This document shows, in pieces, positions 1-8,908 of a stretch of DNA of 32,000 bases (position 1 is its first letter; each line of letters begins with the position of its first letter). This DNA comes from an uncultured archaeon. Lineage in GTDB: Archaea; Iainarchaeota; Iainarchaeia; Iainarchaeales; CSSED10-239. Location: contig CAZPGO010000011.1 in assembly GCA_964586355.1 (NCBI GenBank), positions 59,220 through 91,219 on the forward strand. The letters run 5' to 3'. Position numbers and translations under genes: made by a program. The notes beneath the pieces were generated by a model. The model had not been told where the DNA came from. It saw only the letters and a program-made list of their open reading frames with translations, and ran no database searches.

Positions 1-19
1 TCGAATCTCGTCCTCTGCG
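1..19 (+). tRNA. 3' end of a tRNA cut by the window edge (T-arm, 3' acceptor strand, discriminator); probably another class II tRNA-Ser
   Basis: nt 1-19 (tcgaatctcgtcctctgcg) are identical to nt 616-634, the 3' end of the complete tRNA at 552-634. Confidence 0.6.
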
Positions 20-162
20 TAACCGGTTTTGCTTGGTTAACGCGCAATGGTTTTAGTAAGCTAGCACCCAATAATTTGTGTGTAGTAAACTTTTTTTAAA
101 AGGTTTACTTTTAAATATCTTAAAAATTTGTTTTTGTAAGATAATTTTTAATGTGAATAACT

Positions 163-501
163 ATGTCAGAAGAAAAGTCCACAATAATATATGATGATTT
201 TGATAAATTAAATATTAGAATAGGTACTGTTATTGAATGTGAAAAAGTAGAGAAAAGTGAAAAATTATTAAAATTAATAGTAGATTTTGGAGAATTTAAA
301 AGACAAATAATTGCAGGAATTTCAACAAAATATACCCCCGAAGATCTACTTAATAAACAATTACCAATCATAGTAAACTTAGCTCCAAGGAAATTATTAG
401 GTTTAGAAAGTCAAGGAATGATTCTTGCTATTGGGGATGATGATGTTGAAGCTTTATTAACTCCAACCGAAAAAGTAAATAATGGTGCGGGAGTTCATTA
501 A
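163..501 (+). CDS. Stand-alone tRNA-binding (OB-fold) domain protein, Trbp111/CsaA/MetRS-beta-like
   Basis: 112 aa. IRIGTVIECEKVEKSEKLLKLIVDFGE..RQIIAGI..LAPRKLLGLESQGMILA matches the pattern of Trbp111 and of the C-terminal domain of long MetRS. Confidence 0.8.
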   Translation: MSEEKSTIIYDDFDKLNIRIGTVIECEKVEKSEKLLKLIVDFGEFKRQIIAGISTKYTPEDLLNKQLPIIVNLAPRKLLGLESQGMILAIGDDDVEALLTPTEKVNNGAGVH

Positions 502-526
502 TATTGTTTTATATTATTTTGTGCTC

Positions 527-538
527 ATAAAATATATA
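527..538 (+). promoter_or_regulatory. Candidate archaeal TATA box for tRNA-Ser(GGA)
   Basis: ataaaatatata is centred about 20 nt upstream of the tRNA 5' end at 552. Such strings are common in AT-rich DNA, so support is weak. Confidence 0.3.
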
Positions 539-551
539 CCTTTTTTTTTCT

Positions 552-634
552 GCAGAGGTGGCGGAGTGGTCAAACGCACTAGCCTGGAAAGCTAGAGTCG
601 AACGACTACGCGAGTTCGAATCTCGTCCTCTGCG
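552..634 (+). tRNA. tRNA-Ser(GGA), class II with a long variable arm; no encoded CCA
   Basis: Hand-folded cloverleaf. Acceptor GCAGAGG/CCTCTGC, anticodon stem CTAGC/GCTAG with loop CTGGAAA (anticodon GGA), about 14-nt variable arm, T-loop TTCGAAT, discriminator G, followed by a T-run. Confidence 0.85.
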
Positions 635-784
635 TTTTTTTAATCCTTTTTAACTAAATATTTAATTAAAACTATTTTTTAAAATACTTATAGATTATGC
701 ACCATAGATTCACACCTTCTTTTTTTGATAGAATCTACTTTCTTTATAAAAACTATTGTTTTTAATACTAAATGTGATCTCTAA

Positions 785-952
785 ATGATTAAAAAAAACT
801 ATTTAATAATATTTACTATTATTATGGGATTAGTGATCTTATTTGTTTTCCCTAGCCCACAAGAGAATTTTATTTATTATATATTAACTATGTTTTTTTT
901 TATTTTATTAATTATTTTTTTTTGTAAATACAAACCAAAAACAAAAAATTGA
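785..952 (+). CDS. Possible 55-aa two-TM membrane peptide (absent from the ORF track)
   Basis: ATG..TGA ORF MIKKNYLIIFTIIMGLVILFVFPSPQENFIYYILTMFFFILLIIFFCKYKPKTKN. No clear SD. T-rich DNA produces hydrophobic ORFs by chance. Confidence 0.25.
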   Translation: MIKKNYLIIFTIIMGLVILFVFPSPQENFIYYILTMFFFILLIIFFCKYKPKTKN

Positions 953-1061
953 TTTTTCTGTTGTTTTTTCAAGAAAGTGGTTTTTCAAGTAATATTTTAT
1001 ATTTATATATTTATCGCAACCTATATTCAATATATATTAGCTTTATTTTTGGAGAAATATT

Positions 1062-1289
1062 ATGGAACGAGAAAAACTAGATGATAATAAGTACCTAATT
1101 GGAAATATGATTTCTATAGGTTATGATGAAGAAAAAAAAATATTAGAAATAGAATATGTTCATGGTTTTTTATATCAATATCATAATGTGCCAAAAGAAA
1201 TATATGATAAATTAATGGCAGAAGAAAGCAAGATAACTTTTGTTCAAGAAAGAATTGCTAAAATGTTTAGAGCACAAAGAATAAAATAA
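1062..1289 (+). CDS. KTSC-domain protein
   Basis: 75 aa. ISIGYDEEKKILEIEYVHGFLYQYHNVPKEIYDKLMAEES fits the KTSC consensus (I..IGYD....L.V.F..G..Y.Y..VP...Y..L..A.S). GGAG lies 8 nt upstream of the ATG. Confidence 0.75.
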   Translation: MEREKLDDNKYLIGNMISIGYDEEKKILEIEYVHGFLYQYHNVPKEIYDKLMAEESKITFVQERIAKMFRAQRIK

Positions 1290-1391
1290 ATTTTAGATCT
1301 TTTTTCTTTCTTAAAAAAAATACCTTTTTTTACTTTTTCATAATCTTTAAAAACCCTAATATCTTTATATTTGTTAATATTACTTTATTTA

Positions 1392-3971
1392 ATGATAATT
1401 ATGGCTGTAGAAAAATTAAAAGGCGATGGATCAGATCCATTTGATAAATTAGAACAAGGCATAGATGATAGTATCTATAAGAGTAATCAAAAAGAATTCC
1501 CAAACAAACCAAAAACCCCAAAAATCAAACCAGCTCTTTCTTTTTTAACAGATCTTGATGACTCTAAAGTAGTCTATATTGGTAGAAAAAAATCTGTGCT
1601 TAAACAATATGGAAATACCTCTTCTGCTTTTTTAGGAATGGTTAATGAAGAGGATTGTAATGGTGCTAAAGTTCATCTAGATGGGCTAAATCCACACGTG
1701 GTTTTTATTGATGGTTCTAGAGGTTCTGGAAAAAGCTATGGTCTTGGAGTAATAGCTGAAGAGCTTGCAAAGAAAAATCCTTATATAGGTCAAATAGTTA
1801 TAGATCCTGTTGGTGTTTTTTGGTCTATGAGATTTCCAAATCAGGAAAGAAAAGAACTAGAGCAGTTAGAAAAATGGGGGCTCTCTCCAGAAGGCTTAAA
1901 CAACATAAAAGTTTTTGTGCCTGAGGGCATGGCAAATAAGATCTCTAAAGAGACCTATGATGAAACCTTCTCTATGTATCCATCTTTGTTATCTACTGAC
2001 GATTGGTGTTTGACCTTTGGTATAGATAGATTTAATCCAACAGGTTTATTGTTAGAAAAAACCCTTTCACATGTAAAGCACGGGTTTGTTGCAAAACTAG
2101 AAGAAGATAAAGAGGATAAAATTCGTCCAAAGGGTAATCAATTTACTTTAGATGATATTATTTATTGTTTGCAATACTGTAAAGAATTTAAATCCAGTAG
2201 CACAGGATATAAACCAGACTCAATAAGAGCCCTAGTTTCAAGATTTGATGCAGCAAAGTCATGGGGGATATTTAGTGACCATGGAACCCCCTTATCTAAG
2301 TTATCTAGAGAAAATCAATTAACTATTCTAGATACCAGTTTTTTAGATGATAACATAAGTGCTTTAGTAATAGGTATACTTTCAAGAAGAATACTTTCTG
2401 CAAGAAAATTAGTAACAAGACAAGATGCTATTAAAAAATTTGATGATAACACAGAAAACCCGGATGAATTACTAGAACTGGAAATACCCCCTACTTGGTT
2501 GTATATAGATGAAGCACACACACTAATACCATCAGGAAACACCATAACACCAGCAACAAATGCAATCATCGAATATGTAAAGCAGGGGAGAAGGCCCGGT
2601 TGTTCAATGGTTTTTGCCACACAACAACCGTCAGCAATTAACAGTAAAGTTTTATCACAGGTGGATATTTTTATTAGTCATAAACTAGTCTTTAATGATG
2701 ATATCTCTGCAGTACAAAAAAGAATGCCAGCAATTATTCCAGGGGAATACAAAAACCCAAATTTCATAAAAACTCTTCCTGTTGGTGTTGCTCTAATTGG
2801 TGATAGAGGAGAAGAGACTTCTAGAGCTTTTATAATTAAAATAAAACCTAGATTAAGTCAACATGAAGGCAGAGATGCTGAGACCATAAGAGAAGTTATA
2901 AAAAAAGATTTTGATGAAGTTCTTTCTATGGTTGTAGATCTTATTGAAAAAAAGTTATTAAAAGTAAAACAACTAAAGGTTTCTGATGCTAAGGATATTT
3001 TAGACATTATAAATATAAAATATAAATCAAATGTAAATTATAAACAACTAAGAATTCCATTATTAGAAAAAAACATAATAGAGAGAGAAGATTATTTGTT
3101 TTTTAAAACAGAAAAAGTAACTAAACAAAAAGCAGAGATCCCTAAAGAAGAACAAGATGCTATAACAGATGTGTTAAATGAATATGAATCAAATGAAAGT
3201 TCTTTAGATGATGTTGAAAAAAAAGAATCTACTATTTTATTAGATAAAATAAAAACCTTACCAGTAAGAATTCCAAAAGAAATAGCAGAAAACAAATCTC
3301 AAAGAGGTATTTTAAAATTTTTAAATAAGAAAAAAATAAAAAGTTCTTTTTTAGAATATAGAAAGATCTACAAAATAAATTTTAACTATTTTGATGAAAA
3401 TAAACATTTTGCAGAATTAGTTGCTTACTTGGATTCTGTTACAGGAGAGTTTTTACATTTTGATAAAAATTGTTATTTTAAACATTCTACTGGTTTGCCA
3501 TTAGTAAAAGATCTAGGAGAGAATGAACTTTTAATTTTACAAACCCTAAACGAACCAAAAACATTACAAGAAATAGCAAAAGAGTTAGAAGCTCCTCAAG
3601 ATCTGTTAAAAAAAGATTTAATTTCTTTAGTTGATAGTGGAATATGTGATGTTAAGGTAATCAATCAAGAAGAATATTTTTTAATAATTACAAAAAAAAT
3701 AGATGTCCCTTATGATCCATTATTAAAAATAATATCTAGCCTCTCTGAACTTCCATTAAAGTCTGAAGAAAACATATTAGAAGAGGCAATTGAATCAGAA
3801 AACTATACTAAAGAAGACTTTGAAACAATATTTTTAAAGCTTTGGAAAACAATTGAGATTACAGAAGTATCTAATATCTTTTGGCCAATCTGGAATATTG
3901 TTTTTGAAAATACTCAAAAAGATTCTTTTCCTGCTCTAAAAATAGATGCTGTGTTAGGTCAAAAAATATAA
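1392..3971 (+). CDS. HerA/FtsK-superfamily (DUF87-like) P-loop ATPase with a C-terminal extension of about 350 aa containing a wHTH-like segment
   Basis: Walker A IDGSRGSGKSYG. HerA-like VIDPVGVF and ILDTSFL motifs. Walker B WLYIDEAHTLIP. GRRPGCSMVFATQQPSAINSKVLSQVDIFISHKL. The track ORF opens at TTG 1371; I prefer the first ATG at 1392, but the start is uncertain. Confidence 0.8.
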   Translation: MIIMAVEKLKGDGSDPFDKLEQGIDDSIYKSNQKEFPNKPKTPKIKPALSFLTDLDDSKVVYIGRKKSVLKQYGNTSSAFLGMVNEEDCNGAKVHLDGLNPHVVFIDGSRGSGKSYGLGVIAEELAKKNPYIGQIVIDPVGVFWSMRFPNQERKELEQLEKWGLSPEGLNNIKVFVPEGMANKISKETYDETFSMYPSLLSTDDWCLTFGIDRFNPTGLLLEKTLSHVKHGFVAKLEEDKEDKIRPKGNQFTLDDIIYCLQYCKEFKSSSTGYKPDSIRALVSRFDAAKSWGIFSDHGTPLSKLSRENQLTILDTSFLDDNISALVIGILSRRILSARKLVTRQDAIKKFDDNTENPDELLELEIPPTWLYIDEAHTLIPSGNTITPATNAIIEYVKQGRRPGCSMVFATQQPSAINSKVLSQVDIFISHKLVFNDDISAVQKRMPAIIPGEYKNPNFIKTLPVGVALIGDRGEETSRAFIIKIKPRLSQHEGRDAETIREVIKKDFDEVLSMVVDLIEKKLLKVKQLKVSDAKDILDIINIKYKSNVNYKQLRIPLLEKNIIEREDYLFFKTEKVTKQKAEIPKEEQDAITDVLNEYESNESSLDDVEKKESTILLDKIKTLPVRIPKEIAENKSQRGILKFLNKKKIKSSFLEYRKIYKINFNYFDENKHFAELVAYLDSVTGEFLHFDKNCYFKHSTGLPLVKDLGENELLILQTLNEPKTLQEIAKELEAPQDLLKKDLISLVDSGICDVKVINQEEYFLIITKKIDVPYDPLLKIISSLSELPLKSEENILEEAIESENYTKEDFETIFLKLWKTIEITEVSNIFWPIWNIVFENTQKDSFPALKIDAVLGQKI

Positions 3972-3984
3972 AAGTGATAATCTT

Positions 3985-4305
3985 ATGAGTACAGAACCTA
4001 AAGAAGAATTAACAATAAACAGTTTTTTATTAGACTCTTGTAAAGCAACTCCAGGTTTTGAATTCTTTCCAAAACTGAATATAAAAGTGGATTTGGAAAA
4101 ACTAGTAATGAAGTTAAGAGGCAAAAATTATTTTATAGAAAAAGATAGTTCTCCCTTTTTAGTTGTAATTAAAACAAAGAAAGGAGAAACAACCATATTT
4201 AGTTCCTTAAAAATAATTGTCAGAGAAGTAAAAGATCAAAAAGAAGCAAAAAAGATTCTAACAGAATTACTAAAAACCATTAATGAACAAATTATGCAAG
4301 AGTGA
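3985..4305 (+). CDS. Small protein resembling a single TBP-domain repeat (half-TBP-like)
   Basis: 106 aa. VDLEKL...PFLVVIKTKKGETTIFSSLKIIVREVKDQKEAKKILTELLKTI parallels one TBP repeat (LDLEKV...FPGli.r...Pk.a.[15 protein letters not shown].ed...a...l). GTGAT SD lies 6 nt upstream, and the gap after the ATPase gene is 13 nt. Confidence 0.5.
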   Translation: MSTEPKEELTINSFLLDSCKATPGFEFFPKLNIKVDLEKLVMKLRGKNYFIEKDSSPFLVVIKTKKGETTIFSSLKIIVREVKDQKEAKKILTELLKTINEQIMQE

Positions 4306-4384
4306 CTGAGTCTGGTCGAAGGTGCTCGGCTCGAGACCGAGTAGTGGGTAATACCACTCATGGGTTCAAATCCCATCTCTTGCG
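4296..4384 (+). tRNA. tRNA-Ser(CGA), class II; no encoded CCA
   Basis: Hand-folded. Acceptor GCAAGAG/CTCTTGC, anticodon stem CTCGG/CCGAG with loop CTCGAGA (anticodon CGA), 18-nt variable arm (GTGG/CCAC stem), T-arm ATGGG-TTCAAAT-CCCAT, discriminator G. The first 10 nt overlap the end of CDS 3985-4305. Confidence 0.85.
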
Positions 4385-4456
4385 TTTAGAAGGGTTTTTT
4401 AAAGTATTTGTTTATTATTTATTTTAGCAAAAAAGTTTTTTTGGTGAAAAATAAAA

Positions 4457-5173
4457 ATGATATCTACAAAAAATATTACTCTTTTTAAAAAAGGCTTAGA
4501 AAATATAACCCCCTTAATTCAAGAAACTAATGTTAGATTTAAGGATGATGGAATATATATAAAAGCAATAGATAAAACACAGATATTGTTAGTAGATTTT
4601 TTTATGTCCAAAAAGGCTTTTGATAGTTATTCAATTGAACCAACATTAGTTGGTCTAAATATTTTAGAACTTCAAAACATGGTTTCTAGATCCTTTGAAC
4701 AAGATAAGTTAGAGCTTAATTTAAAAGAACAAAATCTAGAAGTTTTTTTAAATGGAAAAATAGAAAGAAAATTTCAATTGCCTTTTTTAGATCTCTCTGA
4801 ATCTGATGTTAATTTACCTAATCTTAATTATGATGTAACCATAAATATGAATGCCGGTTTATTAAAGGAAATAATAAAAGATGTTAGCTTAATTGGATCT
4901 ACTATACTCTTTAAAATTCAAGGAAATAAGTTCATAATAGAATCTATTGGAGAAAAAGGTCAAATAAAAACAACTATTCCAGAGATTAAACCAAAATCTA
5001 AAAAAAATATTTCTGTTAAGTTTTCTTTATCTTTTCTAAAAAACATAACAAAATCTATGGATAATGATTCAACATTATTAATCAAGCTTGCTGAAGACAT
5101 TCCTATATATATTGAATATGCTCTAAGTAAAGAATGTAATATTAAGTTTTATTTAAGTTCTATGCTTTTATGA
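4457..5173 (+). CDS. pcn: DNA polymerase sliding clamp PCNA
   Basis: 238 aa, typical archaeal PCNA length and N-terminus (..LIQETNVRFKDDGIYIKAIDKTQILLVDFFM..). GGTGA SD upstream. Confidence 0.85.
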   Translation: MISTKNITLFKKGLENITPLIQETNVRFKDDGIYIKAIDKTQILLVDFFMSKKAFDSYSIEPTLVGLNILELQNMVSRSFEQDKLELNLKEQNLEVFLNGKIERKFQLPFLDLSESDVNLPNLNYDVTINMNAGLLKEIIKDVSLIGSTILFKIQGNKFIIESIGEKGQIKTTIPEIKPKSKKNISVKFSLSFLKNITKSMDNDSTLLIKLAEDIPIYIEYALSKECNIKFYLSSMLL

Positions 5174-5200
5174 TCTAATAAAAAAAAGATTTATAAAAAA

Positions 5201-7081
5201 CTATTTTAAAGAATAGATCTTTTTAATTTTTATTAAAAGATCTTCCTTTTTCTTAGAATCTTTAAAAGCGTGTTCTATAACTTCCCAAATGGTCTTTACA
5301 GGAATTATCTCTATATCCTTAGATATTTCTTTAGAGAGTACAAGATCTTCTTTATTAGACTCAGGAATAATAACTGTTTTTATCTTAGCTGTGTTTGCCG
5401 CACCAACTTTAGCTGTAACTCCACCGATAGGTAGTACCTCTCCTCTAATTGATAAAGATCCTGTCATTGCAACACTTTGTTTTATTGCTATGTTTTCTAA
5501 TACAGAAATTATTGCTGTTGCTATAGATATTGATGCTGAGTCTCCTTCAACATTATAAGTTTGTAAAAACTGAACATGTATATCGTAGTTAGAAATATCT
5601 TTTCCAGTTATCTTTTTAATAATTGCAGAAACATTTTCTACAGATTCTTTTGCAATATTTCCTAACTGACCAGTAGCTATTATTTTTCCTTGTGTTTGTG
5701 ATTGAGCAGGAGCTACTTCGCACTCTATTGGTAGTAATAGACCAGCATCTGTTTCATTCATAACTGCTAGACCATTTACTCTTCCAATAACAGCCCCTTT
5801 TGTTTTTATAATATCATAATCTTTTTTAACAGCCATCATTTTAGTAACTATTTGTTGTTCTAAAGTCTTTGCGCTGTTTTTTGCATCTAAAACAATTTTT
5901 CTAGAAACTGTTTTTTCTCCTCTCTCTATTGCAAGATCTCCTGCTGTTCTTATCAATCCACCAAGCTCTCTAAGTTTTAAGGTTAAACTATGTTTTCTTG
6001 TTGCTCTTTTTTTAGCCTCAAAAATTATCTCATCAACAGCATCTTTACTAAATGCAGGAATCTTTTTGTCTTTTGCGATCTCTTGAGCCACAAACTGCAC
6101 TATTTTATTTCTGTTAGTAATTGTGTCTGGCATATCAATATTCATATAACACTCATAACCAGCACCTCTGATTCTAGATCTAATTGCTGGGTGAACTTTA
6201 TCTAAATCATTATAATTACCTGCTGCAACCAATATAAAATCACAAGGTGCAGGAGTTGTCCTTACCATTGCCCCACTAGACATCTCTGATTGTCCTGTAA
6301 TACTAAACTTTTTTTCTTGTAATATTGTTAATAGATCTTGTTGAGATTTTGGAGAAAGTGCAGAAATCTCATCAATAAATAATACTCCCCCATGAGCTTT
6401 ATGAATCATACCAGGAACAACTCTAAAATGTGGTGGTGTTCCAAGCCCTCCTGATTGTAAGGGGTCATGTAAAACATCACCAAGTAATGCTCCTGCTTTG
6501 GCTCCAGTAGCATCAATAAATGGAACAGTTTTTGTTTTTTGATTATTTATTAAGATTTTTGGAATTAATACTTTTTGTTTCTGCATCATTTGTAGACTTA
6601 AGGCACTAGAGACCATTATAAACCCAGATAATAATAACATTGCTGCAAACACAACATCAGGAACCCACCCAAGTTTCCAAAAAATTATTGCTAACAGTAA
6701 CCAAGCTGTAGGTAATATTAAACCCATTAATCTACTAGACCCCATGGATTTAGCAGACTCTAATTTTGCTTCATCTACTATTTTTTTACCTTCTCCTGCA
6801 TTTACTTCTTTTACTATTGGTGTGTGGCTATCCTCTTTATTTGGATATACTAAAATATCAGTTAACTGGTTTGTTGGAAGCATTTCAGCAAGAGCAGCAG
6901 CAATCATGGATTTTCCGGTACCAGGGGCACCTATAAGCATTATGTGTCTTCTTTGTTTTGCTGCTTTTTTAATAATCTTAATTGCATCTTCTTGACCAAC
7001 AACTTGATCAATTAACATTTTTGGAACAATTATTTGGCTTGTATCTTTATAATCTAACTCTTTTTCTTTTTTTTCTACCAT
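5201..7081 (-). CDS. lonB: Archaeal membrane-bound Lon protease (LonB type)
   Basis: 626 aa. Walker [10 protein letters not shown]. Two TM helices inserted in the AAA+ module ([19 protein letters not shown] / [17 protein letters not shown]). Protease domain with [16 protein letters not shown]. Confidence 0.9.
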   Translation of the reverse strand: MVEKKEKELDYKDTSQIIVPKMLIDQVVGQEDAIKIIKKAAKQRRHIMLIGAPGTGKSMIAAALAEMLPTNQLTDILVYPNKEDSHTPIVKEVNAGEGKKIVDEAKLESAKSMGSSRLMGLILPTAWLLLAIIFWKLGWVPDVVFAAMLLLSGFIMVSSALSLQMMQKQKVLIPKILINNQKTKTVPFIDATGAKAGALLGDVLHDPLQSGGLGTPPHFRVVPGMIHKAHGGVLFIDEISALSPKSQQDLLTILQEKKFSITGQSEMSSGAMVRTTPAPCDFILVAAGNYNDLDKVHPAIRSRIRGAGYECYMNIDMPDTITNRNKIVQFVAQEIAKDKKIPAFSKDAVDEIIFEAKKRATRKHSLTLKLRELGGLIRTAGDLAIERGEKTVSRKIVLDAKNSAKTLEQQIVTKMMAVKKDYDIIKTKGAVIGRVNGLAVMNETDAGLLLPIECEVAPAQSQTQGKIIATGQLGNIAKESVENVSAIIKKITGKDISNYDIHVQFLQTYNVEGDSASISIATAIISVLENIAIKQSVAMTGSLSIRGEVLPIGGVTAKVGAANTAKIKTVIIPESNKEDLVLSKEISKDIEIIPVKTIWEVIEHAFKDSKKKEDLLIKIKKIYSLK

Positions 7082-7161
7082 GTTTTATCTTATTTAAAAA
7101 TTAGTTATAATATATTATATGTAACAACTTTATTAAAAACATATTTGTTATAAAGATATTT

Positions 7162-8085
7162 ATGTCAAACAAAATTAAAATAACTTTTTTAGGAACAAGT
7201 GCAAGTGTTCCAACAGCAAAGAAAAATTTAACAAGTGTTTTGCTTAATTATCAAGGAGACAATTATCTTTTTGATTGCCCAGAAAATGTTCAGCAACAGA
7301 TTATGAAAAGTAAGCAAAGTTTAATGAAAATAAAACATATTTTCATAACCCATTTTCATGGAGATCATTTTTTTGGAATCTTAGGGCTTTTAGCTACTAT
7401 GAATCTTAATAACAGAGAAGAGGACTTAACTATTTATCTTCCAGAGAAAAATAAAAAATCTTTTTTAGATCTACTCTCTTCTGCAAAAATAGTTAGTAAT
7501 TTTAAGATTAATCTTGTTGGTATTAAAAAAGAACAAACAATTCTTAAAAATAAAAACTTAACAATAACTTCTGTTAAGTTAGATCACACAATACCAACAT
7601 ATGGTTTTTCCTTTAAAATAAAAGATACTTTGGGAAAATTTAATAGAGAAAAGGCATTAAAATTAAAGATCCCAGAAGGTCCATTGTTTTCAAAATTGTC
7701 TGAAGGCAAATCTATAAAACTAAATGGAAAAATCATTACTCCTGAGATGGTTCTTGATGAAAGTAAAAGAAAAACGGGTAAAAAAATACTTTATTTAACA
7801 GACACCAAAATAATAAAGCCTAAAAAGATCTTAGAAAATTCAGATATTTTAATACATGAGTGTACTTTTGGAAAAGATGAAGAAAAAAAAGCAAATCTTG
7901 TAAAACATTCTACCTCTGTTGGTGTTGCTGATTTTGCAAAAAAAATAAATGCAAAATATTTATATTTAGTTCATATATCAAGTAGATATCAAGAAACAGA
8001 TCAAATATTAAAAGAAGCAAAAAAATTTTTTAAAAACACAATAATTCCAAAAGATCTTGATTCTTTTGAAATTGATGATTATTAA
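7162..8085 (+). CDS. rnz: Ribonuclease Z (tRNA 3' endonuclease), metallo-beta-lactamase fold
   Basis: 307 aa. N-terminal ITFLGTSASVPT, HFHGDH motif, C-terminal YLVHISSRY. Confidence 0.85.
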   Translation: MSNKIKITFLGTSASVPTAKKNLTSVLLNYQGDNYLFDCPENVQQQIMKSKQSLMKIKHIFITHFHGDHFFGILGLLATMNLNNREEDLTIYLPEKNKKSFLDLLSSAKIVSNFKINLVGIKKEQTILKNKNLTITSVKLDHTIPTYGFSFKIKDTLGKFNREKALKLKIPEGPLFSKLSEGKSIKLNGKIITPEMVLDESKRKTGKKILYLTDTKIIKPKKILENSDILIHECTFGKDEEKKANLVKHSTSVGVADFAKKINAKYLYLVHISSRYQETDQILKEAKKFFKNTIIPKDLDSFEIDDY

Positions 8086-8086
8086 T

Positions 8087-8779
8087 TTATTTAAAAGAAA
8101 AACATTTTCCTGGATCTAAAATTACAGGATTTATTGGAAATCTTAGATTACTTAATTTTTCTGTAAATTGATTAATGTTAACCTTAATATCTTCAAAGGT
8201 ATTATACTGCATAGGAATAACTACTTTTGGTTTCATTTTTTTAACAGCTTGGACTGCTGACCCAATATCCATTGTATACCTACCACCAATTGGTAAGAAT
8301 GCAATATCTGCCTTTATATTATCATGTTCGTTTGTAAGATTAGTATCTCCTGCAAAATAAATATTTTGCTCTTTATAATTTAAAAGATAACTTAATGGAT
8401 AAAAAGATGTTGGATGATGTGCAGGATGAGCTGTGTATTTTATATCTTGTAGTAATCTTGTTTGGTATTCATCAATTGAGATAAGATTATTTCTTTGATT
8501 CTTTTCTAATTTGTTAAGAATACTTTGATGAGCAATAATTTTAGAATCGTATTTTTTTACTAAATAATTAGCAGCATCAATATCACAACTATCATAGTGT
8601 TCATGACTAATTAATACAACATCTATTTTTGGTATTTTAGTTATTTTCTCAGAACAACCAATTAATCTCTTGTAATTACAAACCTTCTCGTTACTAAAAT
8701 ATGGATCTGTTAATATGTTTTTGCCGTTTATAGATATTATAAAAGAAGAGTGCCCCAAGTACTTTACTTTAATAGACAT
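8087..8779 (-). CDS. MBL-fold metal-dependent hydrolase (UPF0173-like)
   Basis: 230 aa. KVKYLGHSSFII..ILTDPYFS. The metal motif reads SHEHYDS rather than the canonical HxHxDH, so the second His is missing. Confidence 0.7.
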   Translation of the reverse strand: MSIKVKYLGHSSFIISINGKNILTDPYFSNEKVCNYKRLIGCSEKITKIPKIDVVLISHEHYDSCDIDAANYLVKKYDSKIIAHQSILNKLEKNQRNNLISIDEYQTRLLQDIKYTAHPAHHPTSFYPLSYLLNYKEQNIYFAGDTNLTNEHDNIKADIAFLPIGGRYTMDIGSAVQAVKKMKPKVVIPMQYNTFEDIKVNINQFTEKLSNLRFPINPVILDPGKCFSFK

Positions 8780-8908
8780 AATAATATTAGAGCGAAATCT
8801 TATTTAAGTTAATCTTTTTTAATAAAACAGTTATTTTCTCTTTTTAGGTGTTTTTTTAAATATTTACTACTATAATATAATATAGAAATACATTAAAGAA
8901 AGAAAAAA

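Noticed and set aside
84-109. A hairpin (AGTAAAC-N12-GTTTACT) followed by Ts after the truncated tRNA, as a possible terminator or small RNA.
   Set aside because: It is a 7-bp, almost pure A/T stem with a 12-nt loop, so chance occurrence is likely in this composition. No C/D-box or other sRNA motifs are present.
7100-7125. A/T-only palindromes such as tataatatattata in the divergent lonB/rnz promoter region.
   Set aside because: Pure A/T palindromes are expected by chance in AT-rich intergenic DNA and are indistinguishable from generic TATA-like sequence.
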